Below are positions 21,662 to 33,296 of a stretch of 64,000 nucleotides of DNA, in pieces. The DNA is taken from assembly GCF_964194025.1 (NCBI RefSeq), contig NC_134468.1:44020001-44084000 (forward strand). Reading direction: 5' to 3'. Under the pieces are notes generated by a model. It saw only the letters and a program-made list of their open reading frames with translations. It searched no databases and had not been told where the DNA came from. A program made the position numbers and the translations under genes. The DNA comes from Convolutriloba macropyga. Its lineage: Eukaryota. Position 1 is the first letter of the stretch. The number at the start of each line of letters is the position of its first letter.

Positions 21662-22678
21662 CTATCGGTTAGAGTATGGTTTTGACTCTGGGCAATTACG
21701 TCGCTGATGTTGAGAAGAACCACAGTTCCAACAATTTTTGCAATTATTTTTAGTATGACCTTTACGATTACAACCATAACAAATAGTTGGTCCGGTGAAC
21801 CTAACTTTTCTTTCATTACTGATTGAACGACTGTGTGAATTGTCAAGAAACGTTTTTCGCGGAGAGGAAGATTGACGACGTTCTCCGTGTTGCGATGGGC
21901 TACGAGAGAAAGTAGGTGACTTGCGTTTGTTAAACGGAGACAATCTGTAAGGAGAGTTGCTCCTGCGACCCGATTTTTTGTTCATCGGACGAGAACGTGG
22001 TTGGTAACTAACTTGTCCGGCCATGAGTTTATCAACTTTACGCGAAAGTGCTTCAATGGAACTCACAGAAGTAGATGAAGGCGCAGTCTCATTTGCATTT
22101 GCTTCAAGACGGTAAATTGCGTCGAAGTGGAGTGCTGATTCTAAGGCCGCGTTAATGTCAGCCGGCTTGTTCTTTCTTAACTCTACCCTTACATGAATAT
22201 TGTGAAGGCCATCAATGAAAGATTGAAGCACAATATGGTCTCTGATTGCCTGCGTGTCTTGGGGATAAGCCTTATTAGCTAGAAGTTTGAGCTCAGCTAA
22301 AAATTCACTTACTTTTTCGGACTCGCCTTGAATACGTTTTGCAAGGGATGACCGAAAAAATTCAGGAGGTTCCTGATATTGGCGCAAAAATTGCTTTTTA
22401 AGCTCTGAATAATCATTTTTTGTTGCGTCATCTAATGACTGATAAAATTCGATAGCACTGCCTCGTAAGCGCAAGGGAAAAATAGTATGACGCTTATCAA
22501 TGTAAACCTGTTGACCAGCGCTGTCGTGTTGCGGAGTTCCATCACTATTGAATGCTTTTTTAAGCCAATTTTGTAACGAACTCAAGAGTTCGAATTGTGT
22601 TATATAGGCCTGAATATCACTTGTTCCGTTAAAAGGCTCCGGTAGAAGAAGTTTAGCTTCCAGAGCTGCGTCAGCCAT
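21662..22678 (-). CDS. gag: Gag, copy 2
   Basis: Same protein as copy 1. Confidence 0.95.
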   Translation of the reverse strand: MADAALEAKLLLPEPFNGTSDIQAYITQFELLSSLQNWLKKAFNSDGTPQHDSAGQQVYIDKRHTIFPLRLRGSAIEFYQSLDDATKNDYSELKKQFLRQYQEPPEFFRSSLAKRIQGESEKVSEFLAELKLLANKAYPQDTQAIRDHIVLQSFIDGLHNIHVRVELRKNKPADINAALESALHFDAIYRLEANANETAPSSTSVSSIEALSRKVDKLMAGQVSYQPRSRPMNKKSGRRSNSPYRLSPFNKRKSPTFSRSPSQHGERRQSSSPRKTFLDNSHSRSISNERKVRFTGPTICYGCNRKGHTKNNCKNCWNCGSSQHQRRNCPESKPYSNR

Positions 22679-23236
22679 TTTTTATTAATTACATGGAAAT
22701 AAAAAATGCTGCACAAAGTTCCAACCTTGCGATTGGACCGGCAAGTCAGATATCGGTTGTTCAAAATTGTGGGGACCAGAAAAAGCTGGCCTCTAAGAGA
22801 TAACAGAAAAGAACGCAGAGACTTTTTTTAACTTAGGATTTCAGGTCTCTCGTCTTAAGTTATGTATCGTTGAGGTTGCCGTAGCAGCCGCCGAAACCTC
22901 CCTTGCTAAGCCCCTTAGTCTTACTACGTGGGACCTACAAACACTGGGAATGTAGAAGCTGCGGAAGCAAGGAGCGTCTATTTTCCGATAAATCGGATAA
23001 CGCTTGAGAAGCCTCTGAAATCAGTACCTATTTGTCAAAGCGTTCTAAAGTTAAAGGCAATTATGGCTCATCTAAGAAAAAGAACAACCGTTATCTGTCA
23101 AGCAGATAACAAAAACGACCGAATATTTGAGTTATTTTTCTCTTTTTTTTTTTTTGTTTTTTTTTTTTTGAAAAGAAGGTAAAGAAAAAGCAGATGTTCC
23201 TGAAAATTGCAGGATAGCTTATTTTGGAAAAAAAAA

Positions 23237-23254
23237 ATCCCGAACCTGTCAACA
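23237..23254 (-). promoter_or_regulatory. Putative non-canonical primer-binding site TGTTGACAGGTTCGGGAT; also 5612-5629 and 40860-40877
   Basis: Begins 1 nt after the 5' LTR; 18 nt ending in GGGAT(T), the usual complement of a tRNA T-arm; starts TGT rather than TGG. Confidence 0.55.
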
Positions 23255-23255
23255 A

Positions 23256-23746
23256 TATAACAACCCGGTAGGTATTAAAAAAACGAACGTTTGAATTGCG
23301 AATGCGGGATTCGAGATTGGGTTGTTTTAGTTTTTTTTGTTGAAATTAACAACTTCAATTTAATTGATCTTACCTTGTTTTCTGTGCTCTATCTTTTTCT
23401 TTGGAAAATCGACAAAGTAAGTTTTCAGAATATTGAATTAAACTGAATAGGTTATTTATAAAAGCTTGTTGAGAAAAAGCTCAACTAACTGGATTGTAAG
23501 CAGAAAAGTCTCAAGTGTCGTTTGGGCGAAGGAACCTGGCCAACGGAACAAATTCTCAATTAGCTCTTGAAACACGCAAAAGCTAAATAAATTGCGTGCC
23601 AAATTGTGTTATCAATAATAAATACACTATGGTCCAGTGGCACGAAAGTAAAACAAAGCTTGAGCGGAAAGGCGCTATAAGATTAATAGATTAATAGCTG
23701 GAACATTATACTGCCTAAGGAATAATAATGGGGTAGGGCTGTTACA
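23256..23746 (-). repeat. 5' LTR, copy 2
   Basis: Direct repeat; followed by the ATAT target duplication. Confidence 0.95.
23359..23460 (-). promoter_or_regulatory. LTR signals: TATA box TATAAATA (23460-23453), splice donor AAG|GTAAGA (exon end 23374), poly(A) signal ATTAAA (23364-23359)
   Basis: Motifs read on the minus strand in U3-R-U5 order; present in all five LTRs. Confidence 0.6.
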
Positions 23747-26700
23747 ATATATCGACAGTCTGTATAATAAGCCGACAACACAAAAAGGTTCCACTTGATT
23801 GCTCAAAGCTCATTAAATAATAACAACAAACCCAAAAATTAAAAACAGAAAAATGAACCCAGAATCAGCTGCCGGTCTTCAGCTCTTAGACATTCTAAAC
23901 CTACAAAAGCACTAGAACCTGTATATTTTGGTAAAGGCCAAGCATCTTTGATACCCATTAAATTGATCGGTTATTGTAAATGCCTACTAATCGGCGTGAA
24001 GAAACAAATCAATTTTTTGACAACAACGTTTGATTAAAATTTTAAAATAAAAATAAATTCTTAGCTATCAAGAAGAAGTCAAGCCCATTTTTTGTATAAT
24101 TGCATCAAGTATAAAAACCGTGTATTAAATCAGAAAATCAGTTACAGAAAGAATGAAACTTATGATTAACAATGCTCTAATTGTGAGCCACCACCACTAT
24201 TCAACTGCCCCCCCCCCCCCCACCACCACCACTATTCAGACCACCCCACTATTCAATTGTTCTTCTATATCGCAAAATTTATTAAAAGAAAAAATTGAGT
24301 TGGACAGTCAAAGTAGCTTTCAATAGACTAAGCATCAGGACACGCCAACATGTTGGTAGGTACGCTCTGTCTTACCAGCAGAAAAAAGGCGTCACTAACA
24401 AATTTAAATTTGTAAAAACCTCTGAAAAAGTACAAAAATCAAGCATTATATGTATTTCTCAAAAGTAAATAATAGAGATATAATCAAGTCTAATTTTTTG
24501 CTTTTGTAAGAAAGACCAAAAAAGTACCATGGTTCAAACAGTTTAATTCCTAATTTAATGTAGCCACCAATTTGAATCTAAGTTTCATTAAAAATTCTGA
24601 ACCGGTTCTAGACGAAGTCAGAACCGCACTGCTTATCAAGTTTAATATTTGTTGACTGTAACTGCTTCAAAAGTCCTAATTTAGATAGCAATCATTTTTT
24701 CATTTTATTCCAAATCCAAATTGCGGCAAAATAACCCAAGGTTGGTAGTTTTGCTGTAATTTTTTAAGTTTTCTAAATTCTCTGTCAATAACTTGAAATA
24801 GAAATTCAAATTTCTACAGAATAAAATGAAAAGGAAAATTTTAAATTTTTTTCTACATAAAAAACAGTGGGTGAAGAGATATCAGATTGGATAAAAAAAC
24901 AGTTTCTCGGGCGCATAACGAAGATCTGCTTGTTGATGTTTTGTTTAATGAAAGAAAACCAATTTTTCAAGTCTTTTTCTTTGTTAAAGACTCGCTCATC
25001 AGAATATCTTTGTTTTACAAATTAATCAAAAAAAAAGCTTTTATGAAATTAAAGGTATCAAAAATTCTCTGATAAATCACTTTTCTGCTATCTATGATCT
25101 GCAGAGCTAGGTTTAAATTTTAGGGCGTTATCTTTATTATTTTTAGTAAATAAAATATATAATTATTTGTTTGATAACATTTAACATTAATCAACGATGT
25201 TTGACTTTAGTACAATTTGCAATTAATTATTCAAATTCAAAAAATAGTCTAACCTTTGTACGTAATATATAATGCCAGAACAATGAATAGAACTACCGCT
25301 AAAAGACTGTCTCTGAAAAAATTGGTCCTTCTGTCTTCCAATTGATTTAATTACAAAACTTAAAAATTTCTGGATTCAATTGATCTTTGGAACAAAAAAC
25401 AAAAGCGTTTTTTAAGCATCAGATCCAAAATGAAATTTTATTCTTCCGAGAAAAAATGCTCAAAATGAGGAATCAGAAGAACTATTTCTGTTACTACTGC
25501 TACTTTTCTATGCTTTTTTGCAAAAATGGTATTCTTCAACAAGAGGTTGCGAAATATGAAATTTAATGGCTTCGACACAAAATCGTAGTCTGCATTAACT
25601 GAACATCTCAAACAACTCTTTTAAAAATATTGGCAAGCAGTCGTAGCATTGACTGAGTTTGAGGTGCTGACCGAAAGTCGATGCGTCCAAACCGAAATGA
25701 AAGCACAAGGGGGGGTATTGCGCGTTCAAAAATACACGGTCCAAACGTGGGGATTTAATAAAAAATGTTTCAATATTAAAGTGTAGTCAAAGGGGATGCA
25801 AATTTAACAGAATAAAGAACTGATAACAACGCAGCAAATCAAATTTCCACAAATAATTTTAAGGAAAGGAATATATTATTATTCATACTTTTTCAACTAC
25901 TAACTTTGGTTTTTTAAAAGTAAAAATTTACAAATTTGGGTTATACTATACGTAATCCTGATAAATTTGATAAAAATAATTTAAAGTTTTTTCAAATTAT
26001 GTTTTGTAAGTCACCGATTATACTTTAAATGATTTTGCCTAGAGTCCAAATACGACTGAAAAAATTGATATTTGAAATCATTCCTTTTCAAAAATACAAA
26101 AATATATATCATCAAATTTAACAACTAATGACTTGATACAAATTTAAATGTCGTTTTTCAAGTAATGTAAAGTTAAATTCAGAATTATATTCTTGGTTTT
26201 TAACAGATGAAAGCTAATGATCTCTTTTTTGAAAGCTAACTAAATCAAACATACTAAATCATTATCAACTTAAATTTAGAAACAATAGAGATTTTTTTGT
26301 CGGTATGAAACAATTCTGGATGCTGAGTTATTTTTCATTTTGAATTTTTTATGCGTTTGTTCTCCCTTCATTGAAAATAAATTGCTCTCATTGCAACTTC
26401 CCCCTCGTAACTTCTTCTCTCTCAAATTTCTACACTGGCTTATTTTATTTTTCGACTCACATTGTTGGGGGAGGAACCATGAACTCAAATGGGTTTTTTG
26501 TTCATTAATTTTTGGACTATTGATATAATCATTGTAGAGATTTGTCAGTAATATCATTAGAAAGGCCTTTTAACATAGAATATAGAAATAAGATATTTTT
26601 TTGAAATTCTTTTTTTTCCACAGAATTATCGATTATTAAAATTTTCTGATCATTTGTAGGCAATTCAGTTGTTTTATTTCACAGTTTATCAATTTTTGCT

Positions 26701-29700
26701 TATGTTTGTGTCAAACTTACTCAATATAGTATGTTAAAATTGTTAGCGAACTTTTTCATGCTCTGAAATTTCAGGATTGACTAAACTTCCGGTTCGGATT
26801 GTAAAACCTGCTGTTTTTTTAAATTTTTTTTCAATTTTTATGCTCTTTTCGATCACTTTAAAACAATTACCGGAACAGCATTACAAAGGAATGACGTTAA
26901 ATTACCTTAAAAAATTGACGTGCAAATGAGTTGCCAGGAGCGCTTATCTTGTTCAGGAAAAAGTTCAAAGTTTTTGTGGCTTCGGCACTTTGCTCGAGTA
27001 AAACTTCTTTCTCGAAATTTGTGTTTTCTCAGTTGTCTTTGTTTAGTGGTCTAAAAATTTCGTCTCGCCAATTAAATGTCCAATTAGCGTCTTTTGGAGT
27101 GAAGGAGCTAATTTATTTAGTTTTTTGATGACAACTTGTTCAAGCTTGTTGATTTGATTGTTTTCAAAAATATTTGTTTGCAAAGCAAAAAAGTAGTACA
27201 TTTTTGATATTTTGACGTATTTTCAATTAATTTCTGTCAACTTATAGCTCAATTCGGGTAGAGAGCTTACATCATTCACTAACGAAATAAAAGTTAGTTT
27301 TAACTGCATGTTACGTTTTCAATTATGATTTTTAGGCTTTGAGACTAAAAGGTTCCACATTTACGTATATCAAATTTCTGAAGTTTGTACACTTGTTTTT
27401 AGTGTCATGTCACACCATAACTATAATTGCAGAACACATAAAAAACGGTGGTTTCTAAACGGCGATTGAAATTATCAAGCGTTTCTAGTCAATAGGTTTT
27501 GGTTTTAACGGCTTCGACGCCTATTTGTTGCAAAGCTCAATTTAATTTTTGATTTATTGCTATATCTGTCATTTTTTGTAGTCATAAGAAATATTTACGA
27601 TAATGAACATTTTTGGAAGGTGCCATTTAACCACTTTAAATTTTTAATTCTATGGCTAAAGGTTTTCTTGACATTGAACTTTTTTCTATCAGAAAAAATC
27701 ATTGTAATTTTGAACTTTTTCGGCTTTTTTTCCTTTTTTCCTTATTTCAGGTAGATTTTTGCTTAGATTCATCATTGTCAGCTTTCTTGCTGCCAAATTT
27801 GGTTTTTAATTATCCTTTTTCCTAGAAGAAATTGGTTTTCTGGCTTCTATTTTACAAACTTTCTTGAAACTTTTTGTGACTTGGGGGTTTGTCAAATTGA
27901 AAACCAATTTAAAAGACCCGCTGGCGTCGAATGCAGGCCTATTCATTTATATGTCATTTTATACTAGGTAAAAGTTGAGGATATTAGTGGCTTGGGCACT
28001 AATTTTTATCAAACTTTTTTTGAAGTTTCCATTGTTTTCACAATTTGTTGTCTTTTAATAGTTGTTAGACATATTCTGTATAATAAGAGGTCTCGATGGC
28101 TTCTCTAGGAATATAAAAGAAACATTTAATCATTTCAGTTGATTGCTAAAAGTTTTTATGGCTCTTAACTTTTCAGTTTTTCAAAAAAATTGAAACTCTT
28201 TTTTCTGATTTTTCCATTTGCGTTCTTGTTTTGTGAATTGTAAGTTTTCAGGTCGTGTTTAGTGTTTTTTTGAGATCCCATTTTTACCTTGCTAATTTTT
28301 TTTAAAAATTAACATCTAGTTTTGGTCGTAGTAAATGTTTGGTTTTGTTATTTGTTTTTTTTCTTGTCTCATAGTCTTGTTAATGGCATGTCCCATTGGC
28401 CCTCTCAACGGCCTTGTTTAATTAGTTTAGCGGTTTGAGTGAAAGGCATTTTTTCACTCATTAATTATTTTTCTGAGATAGCTGTAATTTTTTTTAAAAA
28501 AATCTTCAAGTCTCCTCCTCTTTTGGAAGACAGTTAAATCAAAAATGTGGATCAGCGGGTCGGTACCTAATGTGCAAACACACATTACCGAGACTCATTG
28601 TATTATGTCTTACCATATCCCTGGTGAGTCAAATTTATTAATCGCAATGTCATATACAGACCAACCAAAATGTTGTTTCTGAACTTTTTATGTCCCTTAA
28701 ATATTCTCATGTGATTTAAGAAGCGATTATTTTTAATTCATAAAGCATTACAAGCGTATCTATAGTAGATCTGGTTTGATTAGTACTACCCGTGGCCGTA
28801 GGAATCTCCAAAAGGGTAATGTTTCTTCTTGCACAGTGGGGTATGTCACGTTCGGGTATTATTAACATTTTTTTACCTGGGTCTAGAGTGTTTACTTTGT
28901 AATTTAATTTGTAAGCTCTTGCAAGAGATAGTTAATTTTTCAAGAATCCTGCAAGAAAAAAATATTTTGAAAGAGCCTTGTAAGAAAAAGCTAATCTTGT
29001 CAGATATTGTGAAAATGTTGTAAGATTTAAAAATGACGAATAAGAATCTTCGAAGAATCTGACAAATTTTTGTTTTCGATTCGGGAGCACGCTATAAAAG
29101 TGAATCTAAACTGGCCTCTAATAAACTTTTTTTCTACTGTGAATGCTCTATTTGCAAATTCATGTTTTTAATACGTACCACTGACGCAAACAGGGAAACA
29201 ATGAGCTGACTTTCAGCGATGATAAGTTTCATTACTAACAATTTTGAAAGAATTAAACTGCATATGTGAACACTGCTTCTGAAAAATAGGCATGTTACCT
29301 TTTTACATTTTGGTTTACAACTGTTAACTGAATGTTGAAACGTTTTTCTCATTTTAAAACTGTTGATGTTCCTCATAACAATCTGGTTGTTCTACAAATC
29401 GAAAAAATCATTAAAAACTACTGCATGGATAGTTTTCCCACTATGTAGCCGATCAATTACGTAGCGTCTGGCCTGGTCAACATAGATCGCTACTTCATGG
29501 AACGAAATCGTCAACTCCAATAAGAGTAAAAGCACAAAGACAGATAAGAGCACAAAAACTGATAAAATAAAAAAAATAAATCAAAAACGCAGTTATGGCA
29601 ATCCCAAGCTGAGGTCTGGAACCCTATTTGAGTGTACATTTTTAGTAAAAAGACCTAAAAAGTCGAAAGGAAAAGGAATGTCTGCGCTTTGATTACATGT

Positions 29701-31197
29701 TCAAGGACACATACAAAATGGACCATATATGGTACTTTAGCAGGACTATAAATGTTACCATAAAGGTTCCGTTTTACAGTAGAAAGAAAAAAATATTGAA
29801 AACCTTTTTATCATGAAACGGACCATTTCCGGTGCCGTGCTATTCATATCAAGATTATATATTAAATAAAATCAAGGCATTTATGGTCCATACATGGTCC
29901 CTTTGTGGTAATTAGGTTACTATTTATGATAAGTAATCCAAACTGAGGTTCGCGACCCAAGGACCAAGAGAGAGAGATATACGACGAATTTGATTGCAGA
30001 CAGGGGGTTCGGGTGTCATCGACCTAATTTTCAGGACAAATTTTTGGTCGCAGCGTTTCATGTTGTCCATACCTGAATACCACATTTAGGTTTGAATTCG
30101 GTCTCTCCCGTAAACAATTTTGGGTCTCAACCGCAATCAATTTGATCTGTTCAGTATGGCCCAGGTCCACTATTGGTCGGGCTGGCTCACATCTGTTTTG
30201 TGTCTGTTCGGTTTGGTCCATAGCCATTGTAAGATCTGCCTAAGAAGTGTAATAAATTTATTAGAAATGTATTAAAAGAGTTGGTTCTAATCAGAGTTCA
30301 AGTAAGTCCTGATCAAAACCAAGAACGCCAGTCTAAGACAAGAGCTTTCTGCAATTAATGGCCATTTTTGCAAGCAACAACTGATCTTTATCAACTAACC
30401 ATCATAGTGATGGTTAAGAAGACACACTGATTCAACCTCCAAAAACTGCATTTTTCTTACAATTGGCGGTTTTGATTTAAAGAACAGTAAGAAAGTCAAC
30501 CTTACTTTTCGCTCAAAAATGAAACGTGAAATGAAATATTAAAATTTGTATGGTTCTCCATGGCTAAATCAGTCTGGTTTAGAGTGAACAATTTATGTTC
30601 GTTATGGCTAATGGCCTGGTTGGTGTGGCCCAGGGTGACCAAAATTCTCTGTTGGGTGAGGTCCAGGGCAGTCAGAGTCCGTTCAATCTGGCCCATACCT
30701 GCCTTCTTGTCTTTTCAATCTGGAACCTCCGTCCATGCCCAGAATCCGTTTGGCACCTACCTGTTTTGGGTCAAAGAACTGCTCCTGGGAAGTTGGATCA
30801 ACACGGGCGTGGTTCAATTTCGTTTGTTTACTCCGTAACAATGCCTGTTTGAGGTGGTAAAACTTATGACAGGAAGAATTTTTTTAAGTTTTCAAGGCAA
30901 ATTATTTGTATCATTGTCATTGACTTGGAACCAAAGAATTTTTTTAATTGGATATGCAGAAGAACTGTTCCAAATAAGTCGATTTCCTCTCAAGAAGAGC
31001 ATCTCCCTCAAAAGAAGAATGACACTGTCAGCATTTTCGCAGTCCGACATTGTTCAAAGAGTGAGAGTTTTTTTAGACTTGAATGAGTGATGATAGTAGA
31101 AATTTTTGGTTGGAACAAACTCTTTAATTATCTTTGCATCTTTGTTTTCATAATAATAGTAACTTCAAAAGCATTCCCAAACCTTTATTTCAGTATT

Positions 31198-31440
31198 TTA
31201 TTCGATATCAGGTTGGGTGTAAATGTATCCATCTGTAGGCTTGATTGCGGGGGGTAGACAAGCGGACCCGTCTCCATTTTGTGACTTCCAGCACACTGGC
31301 GTACTCGCACCACACTTACACTCGAACTTGAAATTGTCCTTGGTCGCATCCAGACAATAAGCTCCCATGGAACAAACATCTGTGCTCTTGTACTCTGTCA
31401 CCGAGTCAATTACTGGTGGTACCTCTTCATTTCCCTGGGT
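31198..31440 (-). CDS. Terminal exon of six-Cys CART-like peptide, array copy
   Basis: Same as 13571-13813 at offset 17627. Confidence 0.75.
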   Translation of the reverse strand, partial: TQGNEEVPPVIDSVTEYKSTDVCSMGAYCLDATKDNFKFECKCGASTPVCWKSQNGDGSACLPPAIKPTDGYIYTQPDIE

Positions 31441-31602
31441 CTAAACATTCAAAAACATCCCAATGCTCGTTCCCAACTCTGCGCGATGTTTACTTTTTCA
31501 TTAGCTCTTTTTCAAAAAGCGTCTGAAAACAAAAACCTGTTGCAGTAAAACGCAACTGTAAAGAAGAGGCAACTAAAACTAAAATAGGTTTAATTTTAAT
31601 AT

Positions 31603-32094
31603 TATAACAACCCGGTAGGTATTAAAAAAAACGAACGTTTGAATTGCGAATGCGGGATTCGAGATTGGGTTGTTTTAGTTTTTTTTGTTGAAATTAACAA
31701 CTTCAATTTAATTGATCTTACCTTGTTTTCTGTGCTCTATCTTTTTCTTTGGAAAATCGACAAAGTAAGTTTTCAGAATATTGAATTAAACTGAATAGGT
31801 TATTTATAAAAGCTTGTTGAGAAAAAGCTCAACTAACTGGATTGTAAGCAGAAAAGTCTCAAGTGTCGTTTGGGCGAAGGAACATGGCCAACGGAACAAA
31901 TTCTCAATTAGCTCTTGAAACACGCAAAAGCTAAATAAATTGCGTGCCAAATTGTGTTATCAATAATAAATACACTATGGTCCAGTGGCACGAAAGTAAA
32001 ACAAAGCTTGAGCGGAAAGGCGCTATAAGATTAATAGATTAATAGCTGGAACATTATACTGCCTAAGGAATAATAATGGGGTAGGGCTGTTACA
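31603..32094 (-). repeat. 3' LTR, copy 3
   Basis: Carries the same 3'-LTR-specific variants as copy 2. Confidence 0.95.
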
Positions 32095-32130
32095 TCACCC
32101 CGCTTAGGAAGGACATGTCCTCATGTCCCA

Positions 32131-33123
32131 CTATTCTGTCTCCGAACCCGATGAGGACGATGAGCTCGAAGAACGCGAGCGAGGCTTCCTTTTTATTTTC
32201 TTGTTTTGTGGATTATGATTTCCCCGAAGTAATTGAGAACGCAGGGAGCGGAATTCGTTTTGGAGACCTCTGAGGTGACGACAGGTCGTTGAACAGGACT
32301 CAGAGGCAGACATAGTGTCCGTATTCACCCCTGCATTGCGGACCTTAGAGGATTTTGGCTTTTTAGGTTGTTTTTTCTCCAGCGTAACAACCTTCGCGGA
32401 GAGCAGACGATTTGCCGTCCGAGAATCATCTAGCATTTGATTCAGCTCGGAAATGCGAGCTTTTAGTTTGTCGATCTCATTGGTAGCCTGGTAAAGGTCA
32501 CGCTCGTGAGCCTCACGAGATCGACGAAGTCGAATAAGTTGATCTCGAAGGTCGCGATTTTCAGCCGAGTTGTCAACAGGGATAGCGACTAGATCCGCAG
32601 GATCCAGCAGAGGCCTTCGCCTTGCATTGTAAGGATCCTGAAGGCGAACTTTCCCATTGCGGTAAAATTCAACAACCCGCAACACGGCATGCAAATTTGC
32701 TGAATACACCAAACCGTTGAGGCGTAAGGGACCGTTGCGAGGTGGACCCATAGCCTGGCGTGAATTGCTTCCTTCGAGCGGGCTGCTTCTCGAACCCGAA
32801 GCTGCTGTTGCAGAAGCAGTCTGAACGACTGGAATGTTTTTGGAAGGCGGACAAAAGATGATTGTCATTTCATCCGAAGAAGCAGATGAGCAGACATCCG
32901 TGTGCGGCTGAGGATCCCGATTTTGCGAGAGGTTTTGACGGAACTCAAGCGACTGATCACTTGCCCAGTTGCCAGTTATTCCTGTATCTGCTTGAGAGTC
33001 CATACTATCGTCCAGCAACGGAATTGCAGGCGAAGAAGCACCTGAAAGAAGATCTGTGTCCAGAAGAATATCAGGGCCTGGAGAAGCAGGCATAGTGTTG
33101 ATTGACTCTGAGCTTGTCGACAT
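32131..33123 (-). CDS. ORF4 accessory protein, copy 3
   Basis: 330 aa; one change versus copy 2 (DQSLEF vs DQLLEF). Confidence 0.85.
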   Translation of the reverse strand: MSTSSESINTMPASPGPDILLDTDLLSGASSPAIPLLDDSMDSQADTGITGNWASDQSLEFRQNLSQNRDPQPHTDVCSSASSDEMTIIFCPPSKNIPVVQTASATAASGSRSSPLEGSNSRQAMGPPRNGPLRLNGLVYSANLHAVLRVVEFYRNGKVRLQDPYNARRRPLLDPADLVAIPVDNSAENRDLRDQLIRLRRSREAHERDLYQATNEIDKLKARISELNQMLDDSRTANRLLSAKVVTLEKKQPKKPKSSKVRNAGVNTDTMSASESCSTTCRHLRGLQNEFRSLRSQLLRGNHNPQNKKIKRKPRSRSSSSSSSSGSETE

Positions 33124-33296
33124 CTAAAACAAGCAATGTCAATCATTTGTGTACAGAAGTGCATCAGGGCTGCTAGTGATTGATGAACGAAAAGAAAAAA
33201 ATTTTGAATGAAGCAAAAGACAAAAATCAGAAAGCGGCAGTTTTTTTTTTTTTTTCTAAGACAGAACACTATAGGCGATAAAGAGTCAACCTGTGC

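Larger units (their letters stand above)
13976..23746 (-). mobile_element. Full-length Ty3/Gypsy LTR element (LTR-gag-pol-env-ORF4-LTR), copy 2
   Basis: Direct LTRs 13976-14467 and 23256-23746; ATAT flanks at 13972-13975 and 23747-23750; Gypsy domain order PR-RT-RH-IN; four intact ORFs. Confidence 0.97.

Noticed and set aside
23813-23893. Possible signal-peptide exon for the peptide gene (MSKS*RPAADSGFIFLFLIFGFVVII*)
   Set aside because: In-frame TGA at codon 5, no convincing phase-0 donor, and T-rich DNA gives hydrophobic runs by chance; it could be a dead exon but is unsupported.
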